This document shows positions 13,901 to 26,079 of a stretch of 64,000 bases of DNA, one piece after another; the stretch's first letter is position 1; each line of letters opens with the position of its first letter. Origin of the DNA: Lingula anatina. Its lineage: Eukaryota; Animalia; Brachiopoda. The notes below the pieces were generated by a model. The model had not been told where the DNA came from, did no database searches, and saw only the letters and a program-made list of their open reading frames with translations. The stretch lies in contig CM120640.1 in the NCBI GenBank assembly GCA_051362555.1, positions 620,001-684,000 of the forward strand, read 5' to 3'. A program made the position numbers and the translations under genes.

Positions 13901-16900
13901 CGCGTGCAATACATTACAGTAACAAAATCACCGGCAGTCAGAGAATGACAGTTCATGAGGGGATTTACTCACCAATGGATATTCATGCTTTTTCACAGAG
14001 CAGGCAGAAACCAGGTAAGAAAAATTATCTCTTGTTCATCCAACCTCTGTCCTTATTACTTTGAGCTTCAAGATCACTTTTAGCTTAAATGGAGATGCTG
14101 AATATAATTAGTAGAATTTGTCACTTTCCCACCTACTTTCCATCCCCCCCCAAACACCACCACCACCACCTCAAATCTCATTCTCATTCTTGTTTCCTGA
14201 GCAGTTTACATTTACCCAAATGAAATCTATTTTCAACCTAGAGGCCAAGGAAACATATATCTGGATGTGAGACAATGCTTGTAGCATATTATAGGTCATC
14301 TGCTATTTATAATAGAACATTCCATGATAACAAGACAATATTGAGAGTTAGGGAGCGTCACAACGTGCCCATGTCACATATATCTCCAGTGAAAGAAGGA
14401 TTGCTTTCACAGAACTTAGTGTACTGTTTAAGGCTGCGTGCACAATGAAACTTGTATTAGGTAGGTTGAACAGGAATTCTCGCTGAATGCAATATTAGAT
14501 TAACAGACTAACACACCTCCTGGTGTTGAGAAGAATATAGAAAAACTGGTGATTACACAAGCAAATTGGAAATGAGGAGGTATGGTATTCTGATTGCATT
14601 CAGCAAGAGTCCCTGAGTAGATGGATCAATGTACCTAGTATGATAGTTACATTGTGGCAGACATCTTGTATGTATACACAATATCATCTCTTATCCTGTA
14701 TCATGGCCTCCACCTGTCATATATGGTGATAAGTCTATAGAGGTGAGGACAAGTGCCTGGATAGCTAGGATAATTACTTGTTAGAGTCAAACAAAATGTA
14801 TTAATAATTTCCCTTAAACATTGCTTTGCTAGTAGTACTTAATTTTTCTTAATTCCATTTTTTTGAACAGCTAGCTGACTTCATGTTATTAAGTACTATT
14901 TTAAATAAAAGTGGTAAATTTAAAAAATAAGGACCAAAAAAATTGAGATGTTGGACCATTATAAGACCATGAACTAAGAGGTGCCTGGTATGTATAAATA
15001 TGTCCTTGGAGCTATTAGATTGACCTGGAGCTGGAAGAATTGTCAGCAAGGGAGGGCTAGGAGAGGGCAGAAAGAACTGGAAGGATCAAAAATCCAATTT
15101 TCTTTTTAAGTGGTTTTCCAACATATGCAGGCCCAGACTCCCAGTTGATAGGCTATTGAGATATTTCTTTCTACATTTTCTTAAAATTCAAAATCATACC
15201 ATAAACTAACTGCAGTGTGCTGTGGTTTCTCTGCCTACAGATGGTAGACTGTGAGCAGCTGAGGATCTGGAAATGTAAAAATGTGTCACTGGGTCCTCAG
15301 ATAATAATAATAATGGAATGATTATTAATACATAAATGCTCTATATTGTTCCACCATGCGGGTGAGCTGTGTTTGAACAGGAAGGTATTTTATTTTATTC
15401 AGAGACACGACAACAAGTCCACATCTTCTGTCTTCTGATTGAAGAGTTCTGTCCTAATTTTTACAATTTCATTTAGTTTCAAGAGAGAGGAATAAAGATT
15501 TGATTAATTATATTTTAATAGAACACCAATAATTGGACAAAAGTGTTATTAGTAACTTAGCTATGTGAGGTAATTTTAAACCTTATCCTTTACCTGGAGG
15601 AGAGGAGTAGAGAGTCTTGACATCCTTTGAGGAGAAACAGTGACAAAAAAACTTATGTAAAAGATCTTTCCACTCCAAGCTTTAGATTCCAGCGAAATCT
15701 ATGATCTCAGAGAGTCCAAATTCAATGTATTACCTGACTTATTGAATGAAATAAGTTGCCTGAATTCTCCCATTAATCATGGTTAAACTACAAGGCATAA
15801 TAAATCTCATGGCACCATTTATTGATCAATGCTTCTCATTATTGTGTCTTAGACATCATCAATCATGCCCACTCCAGGGCCTCCAGTGAATCTCCCTGGC
15901 CCTAGAACAGCATTTTAATACAGTAGTCAGTATAGTGGATGTCCTGTACTCAAGCCTCTGTGTGTTGTTGTGTGGGTGTGTTCTCTATAAATTTGATATT
16001 CTAGGTATACATTGGTATCCAGTACAATACAGAAAAGCTGGTAATTATATGGGTATGTCAGAAACAAGAGAAGGCATTTCAATCTGTTTGTATTCAGCAA
16101 GAGTCCTCATGTTGTTAGTGCCCAGTAAATAGTACCAAAAATTCATTTTGAACCCACCCTAATACTTCTAGAGTGCTGGTGTTTTCTTCCAGTGTCTAGA
16201 TATTTCTTGAGTTCTGGTGTTTACTGCTAGTTCAGAGAAGCAGGGTTTATCTTCAGCACACCCTAGCTGGTGATAACTCGGCCATTGAACCTAGTACACA
16301 AGCTTAAATAGCTTCTATGGTTTCTGTGGGCTATAGTAAAATAAATCATTCTGTGATGAAATATTTCCCTGCTTCTCCTGATTGATACCCAGTTTCCTCC
16401 TGCTGGCAAACGGCTTTCATTTCTACGTATTTATCTGAACCTTCTTCAGTGCTGTTTGTAAAGTAGGCAGTTTTTATTTATTTCTTGAATTTTTCTAGTG
16501 GTGTGTTCATGTTGACAATTCTAAGCTTAGAGCGTATTCAGAACAGAGGCCAAACAGATCCGCGGATCAAATATGGCTGACCCACTTGAATACTTGCTGC
16601 GTAATCTCCGCGGGGAAGCTATTCTAATTTGGAATTAAGCGGCAAGCTTTTAAGCTGGTCACCATTTTGATCCATGGATCTGTTAGTTTGCTGTTCTAAA
16701 TGTGCTACTACTTTGATATCAGTTGTTGACTGGCCCCAGAACATGCCATATTTTATATCTTCAGAATCACCATCATCTTACTTCAGCACCAAGTGTGATC
16801 ATCACTGCTGTGAACAGGGCCTTTGTGACAGGCTTCATTTTCATTTCAGCCCATTAGCTGGTTTGGAACAAATCAATGGAAAACTGGGAAAAACGTAATT

Positions 16901-19900
16901 CTTTTGTCAAAATATTTTCAGTGTGTTGAACGAGGATGAGATTTTTCTTACTATTGGCGGATTTCTTTTAGGAGCTAAAAATATCATTGGCCTTGGCCCC
17001 CCCCCCCCCCCTATATCACACACCATATTTTCCTTCTTTTTTTACTAAATGGCTGTCTCATCCCTGGTTGAAATAAAATCAGCTATGTAGATCCCAGCGC
17101 CCCCTTTGTGTGTTGTGATCTATAGCTACCTGAGTGGTCAGTGTTTTAATTGTCCCCTGTGTATATGATATGACATGAGCTGGTATTGCCTTGATGTGAT
17201 CTATGCAACACTTGCCACTAGGGGACATACATTTAATGAGAGTAATGGTGCTAGGCTACTGACGTGTGAATGTGCTTTTTACCAAACACGGCTAATGGTT
17301 ATTAATGCTATCAGCTGCTGATAGATGGGTATCGGTTTGCAAAATAATTGAAAGTCCCATTTATTATTTAGATGAGGTGTTGTTGCCTTTTTTATTCCCT
17401 TTAATGTATGCCATTTCATTTTGCTGTAGTGATGTTTATTTGGATGAGAAAATTTATGAACAAGCTCTGAATATAGAGATAGGAGAAAAAAACAGTGCAA
17501 TGAATAACTTAATTCTGCCAGATGATGAATTAGTTTTCTTTAAAATCCCACCTTTGTTATCCTTTTGTTTGCATTTTTTTTTTCAACCCTAATGTGAAAA
17601 GATTTTTTTTTTGTTGAAAAATAAGAAGGAATCGTATTCAATCAAGGATCTTCCACTTACTTTACCCCATCAAGTGCTCCATAATAAAAATATCAATTAC
17701 GGAAAATTCATCTTGGATAAAAACCACAAAAAGTTCTCACTTTGCACTCTACGCAATTTAACGACCGACTTTGTCATTGAAATCTTCCAAAGAATAGTTA
17801 ACATCTTGCATGAAATTTTCAACTACAACTATTATATCTTAACAGGCATTTATGGCCTATTTAAAATTCCGGCAGAACCCAAAGTCAAGTCAAGCTAGTC
17901 AAATTTGAAGATAGAGCACCGCTAAAAATGAATTGCCTCCTCCCACTTGATGTCAGTATCGTCCCATTCCCCAGCTGTCTGGGGGCTGTGATATATAGGC
18001 AGACATTCTTGTGAGTTCTAATGTAATGCTTAATGCCTCTTCTTCTCACCTTTGTGGCCTTACAACAAGACACAAACACTCTGCCTTTCTATGACACAAT
18101 CAAACGCACAATGTATTTTTTATCAAAACTAAAAGCAAATTAAAGCAAAATAATTGTGCAGTGTACTTTTATTTATCTGTATTGAGACACTAACCAATTT
18201 TTTGCAGACGTCTATATTTAAGCAAGAGATCGTGTCTCTAGCTTGCCAACTTTCACTCTTTATTATTCATCACTTTTTTGTTCCTTTTTGACGTGGACGC
18301 TCGAAGTCTTTGTTATCAAAATAACTCTTCTTGAAATGGTGACAAAACCATTTTTTATTTAAAGAGCAAATTGCAGCAGCTAGAAACATTCAGTGATGTG
18401 TCTCTAATTTATGTTCAGATTTTAGATGAACATTTTGGAAAATTTATATCTCGAATTGACGTCTATTTCAGTCTAGTTGGCGTGTGTGCTGAGAGGTAAA
18501 TGGCGCTGGTAATGTGGTGTCAGTTTCTGTGGTTAGGTGATAATGGCGAAGAGATAATTCAACTGCCAGCACAGATTGAATACATAGCATTCTTCTTCTT
18601 CAAGTTTACCATGGCTTCAATCTGGCCTTGAGCCACAGACAGCAGTGGCAGAAATAGAATCTTTATGAAAAATTATCATCGTATCGCATGCCTATATTTT
18701 TGTGCAAAAAAAGCTGTTTGGGTGGTTTGAATAATGCACGAAAAAACTCACTTTGAACTTTTAACATAAGTTTTTTGAAAGAACTATAATAGCATCGGCT
18801 GTTGTTTGACAAACTAGACAAAATGACTGTCTGGTATGACTGTGATTCATGTAGGTAAAAAAAAAAATTAAAAAAAATTGAAAAAATCAGCCTAACAATG
18901 TTTTAAAACACAGTGAGATTTCTGCTGATTTCTCAGACACCTGGTTTAATAAGGGTGTCTTTTGTCATGTTTCTCATTTCAAGTAGTACCTGTCACTAGT
19001 TTCCTTCTACTTCTCCCAGCAGTTCAAATCAGTTGGCTCCAGAAAATCTGCAAAGAACAAAGCACTCATTTTGCCTGCTAAATGTCAAGAATTTTTCTAT
19101 CAATGAAGGCAGTATTGCAAGAGAACACCTTAGTGTGTCTGGTGCCTTGAAGATCATATTTCTGTTGACAGGGAAATATTTAGAGAGTAGACTATGATTG
19201 ATGACTTGCCATTGTTATAGTAGATGTGTCATTTCCCTTTGGATAATTACATCACATGATATTTGTTTGAGGCTGTTCGCTATGAATTAAGGGCTGAGAG
19301 GGAAAAAATAATAATTAGTGGAAACTCAGATGTGGCCGCCCGATGGATCACACTTCTTAATAGGCACATCTATCATCCTGGATGTGTGTGATGAAATAGG
19401 CTGAGAGTAGCTAGTGGTAGCTGGGTTGCCTTATAATGAAATAGCATGGTGTAGACGCACAGTATAAAATCCATACCTGTACGCAGGGTAATAAATCTTG
19501 TGTTTGCCATTGGGCTAATCAGCACTTTTTACGCCACTCCTGTGGTTCACATTCAATTATTTAAGCCAATTGACTGTGGAAACTGTATTGATGCAGACAG
19601 TGTAAAACAATTTTGACATTTAGATAAAAATTCAGTAAAATATTGCAGAATAGGTGAGCCCCAACTGATAACAATGTATAGAATGAGGTTTATTTGTGAA
19701 GAAATAATAGATATCTCGTTTTCAAAGGTGAATCTCTTAATGCTTCCCAGGGATATAATTATCTTCACAATTCCTGATCCAAAGAATAAGATTTCTCACC
19801 ATTCCCAAATCAGAAAATAAATAAGCCCACTTTCCTTAATTCCAGGGATATAAACTCACTAACGATACCCCCTTTCCATGAGTATGAACCCTATCTATCC

Positions 19901-22900
19901 CCTTCCCATGGATCAAATGACCTAGTTTACAATTTGAATATACTGGAATTTATAATGAACTGAAATCATTGAGAATTGTTCATATTTTTCACCTAGAACT
20001 TAGCTGTATAAGACTGAAAAATAAGCTACCAAAAGATAAATTTGATGTTGTAGAAACTTTTTTAAAGAGAAAATGACATATAATCATATTTTACATTAAG
20101 ATTTTTTATTATCTGATTTACATTAAGGCATATTGTGCCTTGATTCTGTTTCACATTATATATTTATATACCAAACATTTATATATTTGGCTTTACCAGT
20201 TATGTGTCATATCACAGAGCAGTCTATTTAAGACTGTAAGCCTGATATGTATGCTGTGTCATTGCAGGTATCAGTCCATGTGGTACCAGGAATGGTGGCT
20301 GTTCACACCTGTGTCTAATCTCTCCCCTGTACCCCTTCTACAGCTGTGCCTGCCCCACGGGAGTACGCCTGCTACCTGACGGCCACAACTGTTCTGATGG
20401 TAAGATTATCTCACACACCAAACACTCCAACACACTGTTTCAACCAACACAATTTCACAACTGTTCTGATGGTAAGATTATCTGACACACCTAACACACT
20501 AACACATTGACTCAACCAACACACTGTCTCAACCAAATTTAATATTACAGAAAGGGAGCACTATGCATTTAAGGTATTAGCAAAATGTGTGTAAATAGAT
20601 AAGGAAATTGATTTAACAAAAAAGGACAAAAATTGTATTCCTGTAATCCATTCACATTTGGTAATGGTCTCTTTTTCCTTGTTCTCAGGTGCTCAGCAAA
20701 TCTTACTCCTTGCCAGACGTGCAGATCTCCGCAGGATTTCTCTGGATACCCCTGATTACACGGACGTAGTCTTACAGTTTGATAACATTATCCATGCAAT
20801 AGCCGTAGACTTTGATCCTGTGGGAGAGTATGTTTACTGGACAGATGATGAGGTGAAGGCCATCAGGAGAGCCTACCTTAATGGCACAGGTAAGAGAAAA
20901 GGTCTTTGTTGAAAAAAAAATATTGTAGAGTATTCTGCCTGTTGAGGTGAGTAGAATAGGTTTATAGAAAACATTACCCCCCAAAAACTTCTTATGAAGC
21001 AACTACATTATAAAATTCCACATTACATGTATATCTATTTCCCTATTCCAGAACAAGAAGATGTGATCAACCAGGAGATAGATAATCCTGATGGAGTGGC
21101 TGTGGACTGGATAGCAGGTAATCTCTACTGGACAGACACGGGGACGGACCGTATTGAAGTGGCTCGGTTAAATGGGACGTCCAGGAAAGTACTGATCACA
21201 GAGAACTTACAAGAACCTCGAGCCATTGCATTGGACCCGCAGGCTGGGTAAGAAATCGTGTTTTGTGGAGTCTTAATCACATTTTTATAAACAGGCACAT
21301 TGTGTGTGTAAATATACCTGTCACCTCCACCTGTCATTGCCAGCAGCGTCATTGCCGTGCACTTTTTCATAGATAAATGTTAAATTCACATCTGGGTTAG
21401 AAATTACATGTGGTATATAGAATAATTTGATGCCTAAAAATCATTTTTATTGAAGAAAATCATTTATGTAGCTCAATGAAACTTTGTCAGACTGTGGCCT
21501 GATGGTTTAGAATAGTCTTGTCTTTTAATAAAAATGAATTTAAAATAATTTAAATAAATGTAATGCTTAAGATTGGAACTTTCCATTGTTAACATGTTAA
21601 CATGTTAAAAGTCATGGACACATAAATAGAAACCCATGCATGGCTTAATTGTCATTAGAAATTAATATAGAATTGATTTACTTGCTGGTTAGATAAGTTA
21701 TCACAATTCAGCTTTATTTGAAAAAAAAAAGAGCTGGTTGCATTTTGTAAACATCATTCTATTTGCGTGTGTAAAGGCAGTGCTGTGTGTGTGTGTTTTC
21801 CCTTGTAAATCAAAGATGAAAGAAACATTTGAAACAAACCAGAATACTAAAGCCAAAGGAGATGTTTGTTGAATCTGTCTCTTACACTAAAAAACAGGAG
21901 AAACCTTTTAACATGTTTTATTTCCTGCACATTACAGAAAGTTTTATTTTTCTTTTCAAAATCTGTTGTATTCTGATCTGCTCTCTGTGGGCCAGCGTAG
22001 GAGAGATTTAGTTGTAATTCTCTGGCACGGATATTGTCATGTGGCAGTTGAAATGAAGATGGGCGGAATAACACAATGTCATCCTCACAATGAGGAGAAT
22101 GAGCTTTGTCCCACTGTGTCCAATATGTCATTTTCTTTTAAAGGAAGCAACTCTGGCATCTGTGGCTTCCTATGTTGGGTGATAGCCAGGTTGACTTCCT
22201 TCCAATTTGTTCAACTGACAAGATTTGTTCCTGCAACTAACATAAAGCCTTGTTCTGTGTCCTGACCCCTTTTGTTTTTGTGGAAGTCTCTTGAAAAAAA
22301 GAAAATTATGAAAGGTGTTTAGACATAAAAATGATTTAATAAATGGGAATGATAAGATATAATTGATGTAAACAATTGCTTTTGGAAGCTTTTGAATTCT
22401 GGACCTTTTTTTCTGCATTAACAGAAGATATTTATGTACAGACAGAGTAGTTCCTGTACATACAGCTACCACCTGCATCTGTCCCTGTCACCCTAGACGA
22501 GAACATTTATCATTAACTGAAACAATTGGAAAGCAGTATTGGTTTTTGGTGATTACTTATTATATTTAAGTGCAGGTCAAGTTAAAAAAGGCTGTGGTAT
22601 GAATATTCCTCACAAATATTATTGATAACTTTGTTCTTGTGGACGCTGTATAATCTCTATGGTAACTGTGTTTAAGCTGAAATCTGCTGGGGTTAATTGT
22701 GGTCCTAAATACAGGTCAAGTTCAACCCTTGCATTCTTGGATCTTGTTTTTGACCATTTGAGCAGTGGTTGTGTAGTACAAAAAATTCCACAACATGTAT
22801 GGTATTTATATATGTTAATATCTTATACTCATTGTATACTTTACATGATAACTTGATATATTCTTTATCTAGGCAAGTTTATACATATATATATATATAT

Positions 22901-25900
22901 ATATATATTTTGTGTATGTTGTCTTTTCAGGTACATGTATTGGACTGATTGGGGGACCTTTCCCAAAATAGAACGTGCCAATTTGGATGGCTCAGATCGC
23001 GTTATCATGTTTAATACCTCACTGGGGTGGCCTAACGGCCTGGCCCTCAGTGCGAAAGAGAAGAAGATCTACTGGTGTGATGCCAAAACTGACAAGATTG
23101 AAGTTGCCAACATGGACGGGACGGGGAGGCGGGTTTTAGTGTCTGAAAGACTGCCTCATATCTTTGGGTTTAGTTTATTAGGTAGGTGTGGAATTGAGGT
23201 CAAGAAGAATTGCTTTGAGGTATAAAACAATCTGCCACATCTGTGAGTTGGTAAAGTTTTTTCAGAATTTTCATTGGGAATTGAATAGTTTTAACTCACC
23301 TGAGAAAATGATGTTGTTTCTGCCTCAAAGATTGAGTTGATAAAAAATTTAAGTAAATACAGGGCTCTACAATAACTTTTTCAGCCACTTGCCCTTTATA
23401 AACAGTTTGCTCTAAACGCAAAGCGGTGAATTATTTGTAAACATTGCACAAATCTGAAAAGTGATGTATAAGAAAAGATGTAGACAGGATACCCCATCCA
23501 CATGCTATAAGAATAACACCACCCTTGGAAGAATTGGTTCTGCTATGCCTATTACTAATGTAAAATAATTAGGGTTTGTTGTACTATCTTTGCAATATAT
23601 TCAACATATGTTGAATACATATTTATTATGGAGTTAGATTTGATCACCTTTAAAATGATTACTAAAGAAAAAACTAATAAAAACCAGTATATGTCAAATG
23701 TGGCAGAGGTGGTCAATAGAGAGAATTAACCAGGTTAGGGTTTTAAATATTATATAGAGAGGTATATGTCCAATGTGTTCCCTTCAGATGACCACATCTA
23801 CTGGACAGACTGGCAGAGGAGGTCAATAGAGAGAATTAACAGGCACACAGGGGGGAACAGGACCACTATAGTGGATATGCTGCCTGACTTGATGGGGCTA
23901 AAAGCTGTTGACGTGAAACGGATTGAAGGTAACTGCACACAGATTTAAACTCGGAAACTGTAAATATTGAGTACATTCCATTGTGTTATTTAGTGTACAT
24001 TTGTTTTAACTGGGTATGTTGAATTTTTTTTCAATGAACCTTCAATTGTAGATAGTTGATATTTTTTTAAATGCAAAATAGATTAATGTTTGTTTTTATT
24101 TTTGAATGATTGAATAAGAAAAATCGTAACATGTGTCCATTGCACAGTGTATCATAGTTTCTGTTTGTTTTCTCTGGATTTCTTTGAAGTACTGCAAAAT
24201 CTCTTCTACACTAGGTCATGTCAGCATCACTTTATATAAATATTATATAGAGAGGTGTAAATTCTTGTTTTTTCTTATTACTTGGGATGTATGGTGTATT
24301 GCACTATTATAATGTCCATCTTCCAGGTACTAACCCATGTGCTGAGAGCAATGATGGATGCAGTCACCTGTGTCTGTTCAGGCCGCCCCCTAAGGGCCCC
24401 ATCTGTGCCTGTCCCATGGGACTGGAGCTCATGGCCGACAAGAAGACCTGTATTGTTCCTGAGGCCTTTCTTCTCTTCACGCGGCGCGCTGATATCAGGA
24501 GGATCTCCTTGGAGACCAATCATAACGAAGTGGTGGTTATTCCCATTAATGGTGTCAAGGAGGCCAGTGCACTGGATTTTGACATCAATGATAATAGGAT
24601 CTATTGGACTGACATTGGGCTGAGGGTACGTCTTGTGCTATATTCCTAAGGGTGATTTTGCTGTAATAAAGCAAAAACGCTGGAGTAAATAAGAAAAAGC
24701 AAACTTTGAATTAAAAGCTGAAGCAAAAGGTCATTGCTTAAGTCACTTAAGTCCCTCACCTACTCTGTTTCACTTGAGTAAACCATTTATGGTCGAAAGT
24801 GTTGTCTATGCAAATTTGCCATTCATTAAAAAAATACAAATACTGTATCGAGTAGAATAAACATCTGTGCTTATTTTCATGGAAGCAAAGTCTTTGATAG
24901 AAATAAAATAATGAAAAAAATGATTGATGTTTTATATTGCAGAAACTTTCCCGTGCCTTCATGAACGGCAGTGCTCTGGAGCACATTGTGGAGTTTGGCC
25001 TAATGTTTCCTGAGGGGATGTCCGTGGACTGGGTTGCCAAGAACGTTTACTGGGCTGACACTGGCACCAACAGGATAGAGGTGGCCAGGTTAGACGGGAC
25101 GTCCAGAAAGGTGCTGGTCTGGAATAACTTAGACAGTCCTAGAGCACTGGCTCTGGACCCAGCTAATAGGTAAGAGATAAGAGGAGATAGAAAAGAGATA
25201 GAGAGACTGATAGAACACAATAATTGGATATTTATGCATGATCTAGCACTGAGGTAGCAGATACACAAAAAGTTAAAATTCTGATGTAACAGTTCTTGAC
25301 AAAATGCGCACATTTTTGACAGCTATGCATCAGCGCAACAACTTGCCATGAAATCAGTTGTGTTGTTGGACATCTGCTGGTCAAGATTGGGCTGCCTGCG
25401 TGAAAAAGTTGTCACTGCTGCATTTGGCGTGCATTGTGCTATTTAAAGTTAACTGAAACATTTTATTTTGTTTTTAAACTTCAGGAAGTAGAAAAAGCCT
25501 TGCTCTTTGGTAGAACATGATTACACCCTTTGGAAATGTTTTGATCTTTTTACCAAATTTAATATCTGTCCACTTTTCTTCCAGTCACATGTACTGGACG
25601 GAGTGGAGCAGTGAACCAAAGATAGAATGTGCTGCGATGGACGGCACTTATAGACGAACACTTATCAAAACAGACGGCCGAGTGAACAGTTTAACTATTG
25701 ACTACGCCCAGAACAGGCTTTACTGGGTAGACGTGGACTCCTTTATCATTGAGTCCTCGGACCTTGAAGGTGAGACAGTCTGTGAAGTAGTCTAGATAAC
25801 GGCTAAGAGTATTTTACCCTGGCAGGGGTCAGCTGTACTGGTTCAGGGTTGACAATTTTAAAATTTAAAAATGGCAGTTTGAATGGCAGAAAAATGGTTG

Positions 25901-26015
25901 AACATATAATTAAAAGACATATGATCAAATTACCATCTCCAATAATGATAGGGAATTTTTTTTAAGCATGTATGTGTTTCTGTAATCAGAGAATAACCCA
26001 TACAAAAACAGCAAA

Positions 26016-26079
<64 letters not shown>

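Noticed and set aside
25798-25853. Possible fifth, older exon echo after LRP5/6 exon 11 (CAGCTGTACTGG...GTTGAC resembling exonic AGGCTTTACTGGGTAGACGTGGAC)
   Set aside because: The similarity is short and gapped, and cannot be told from chance without an alignment statistic.
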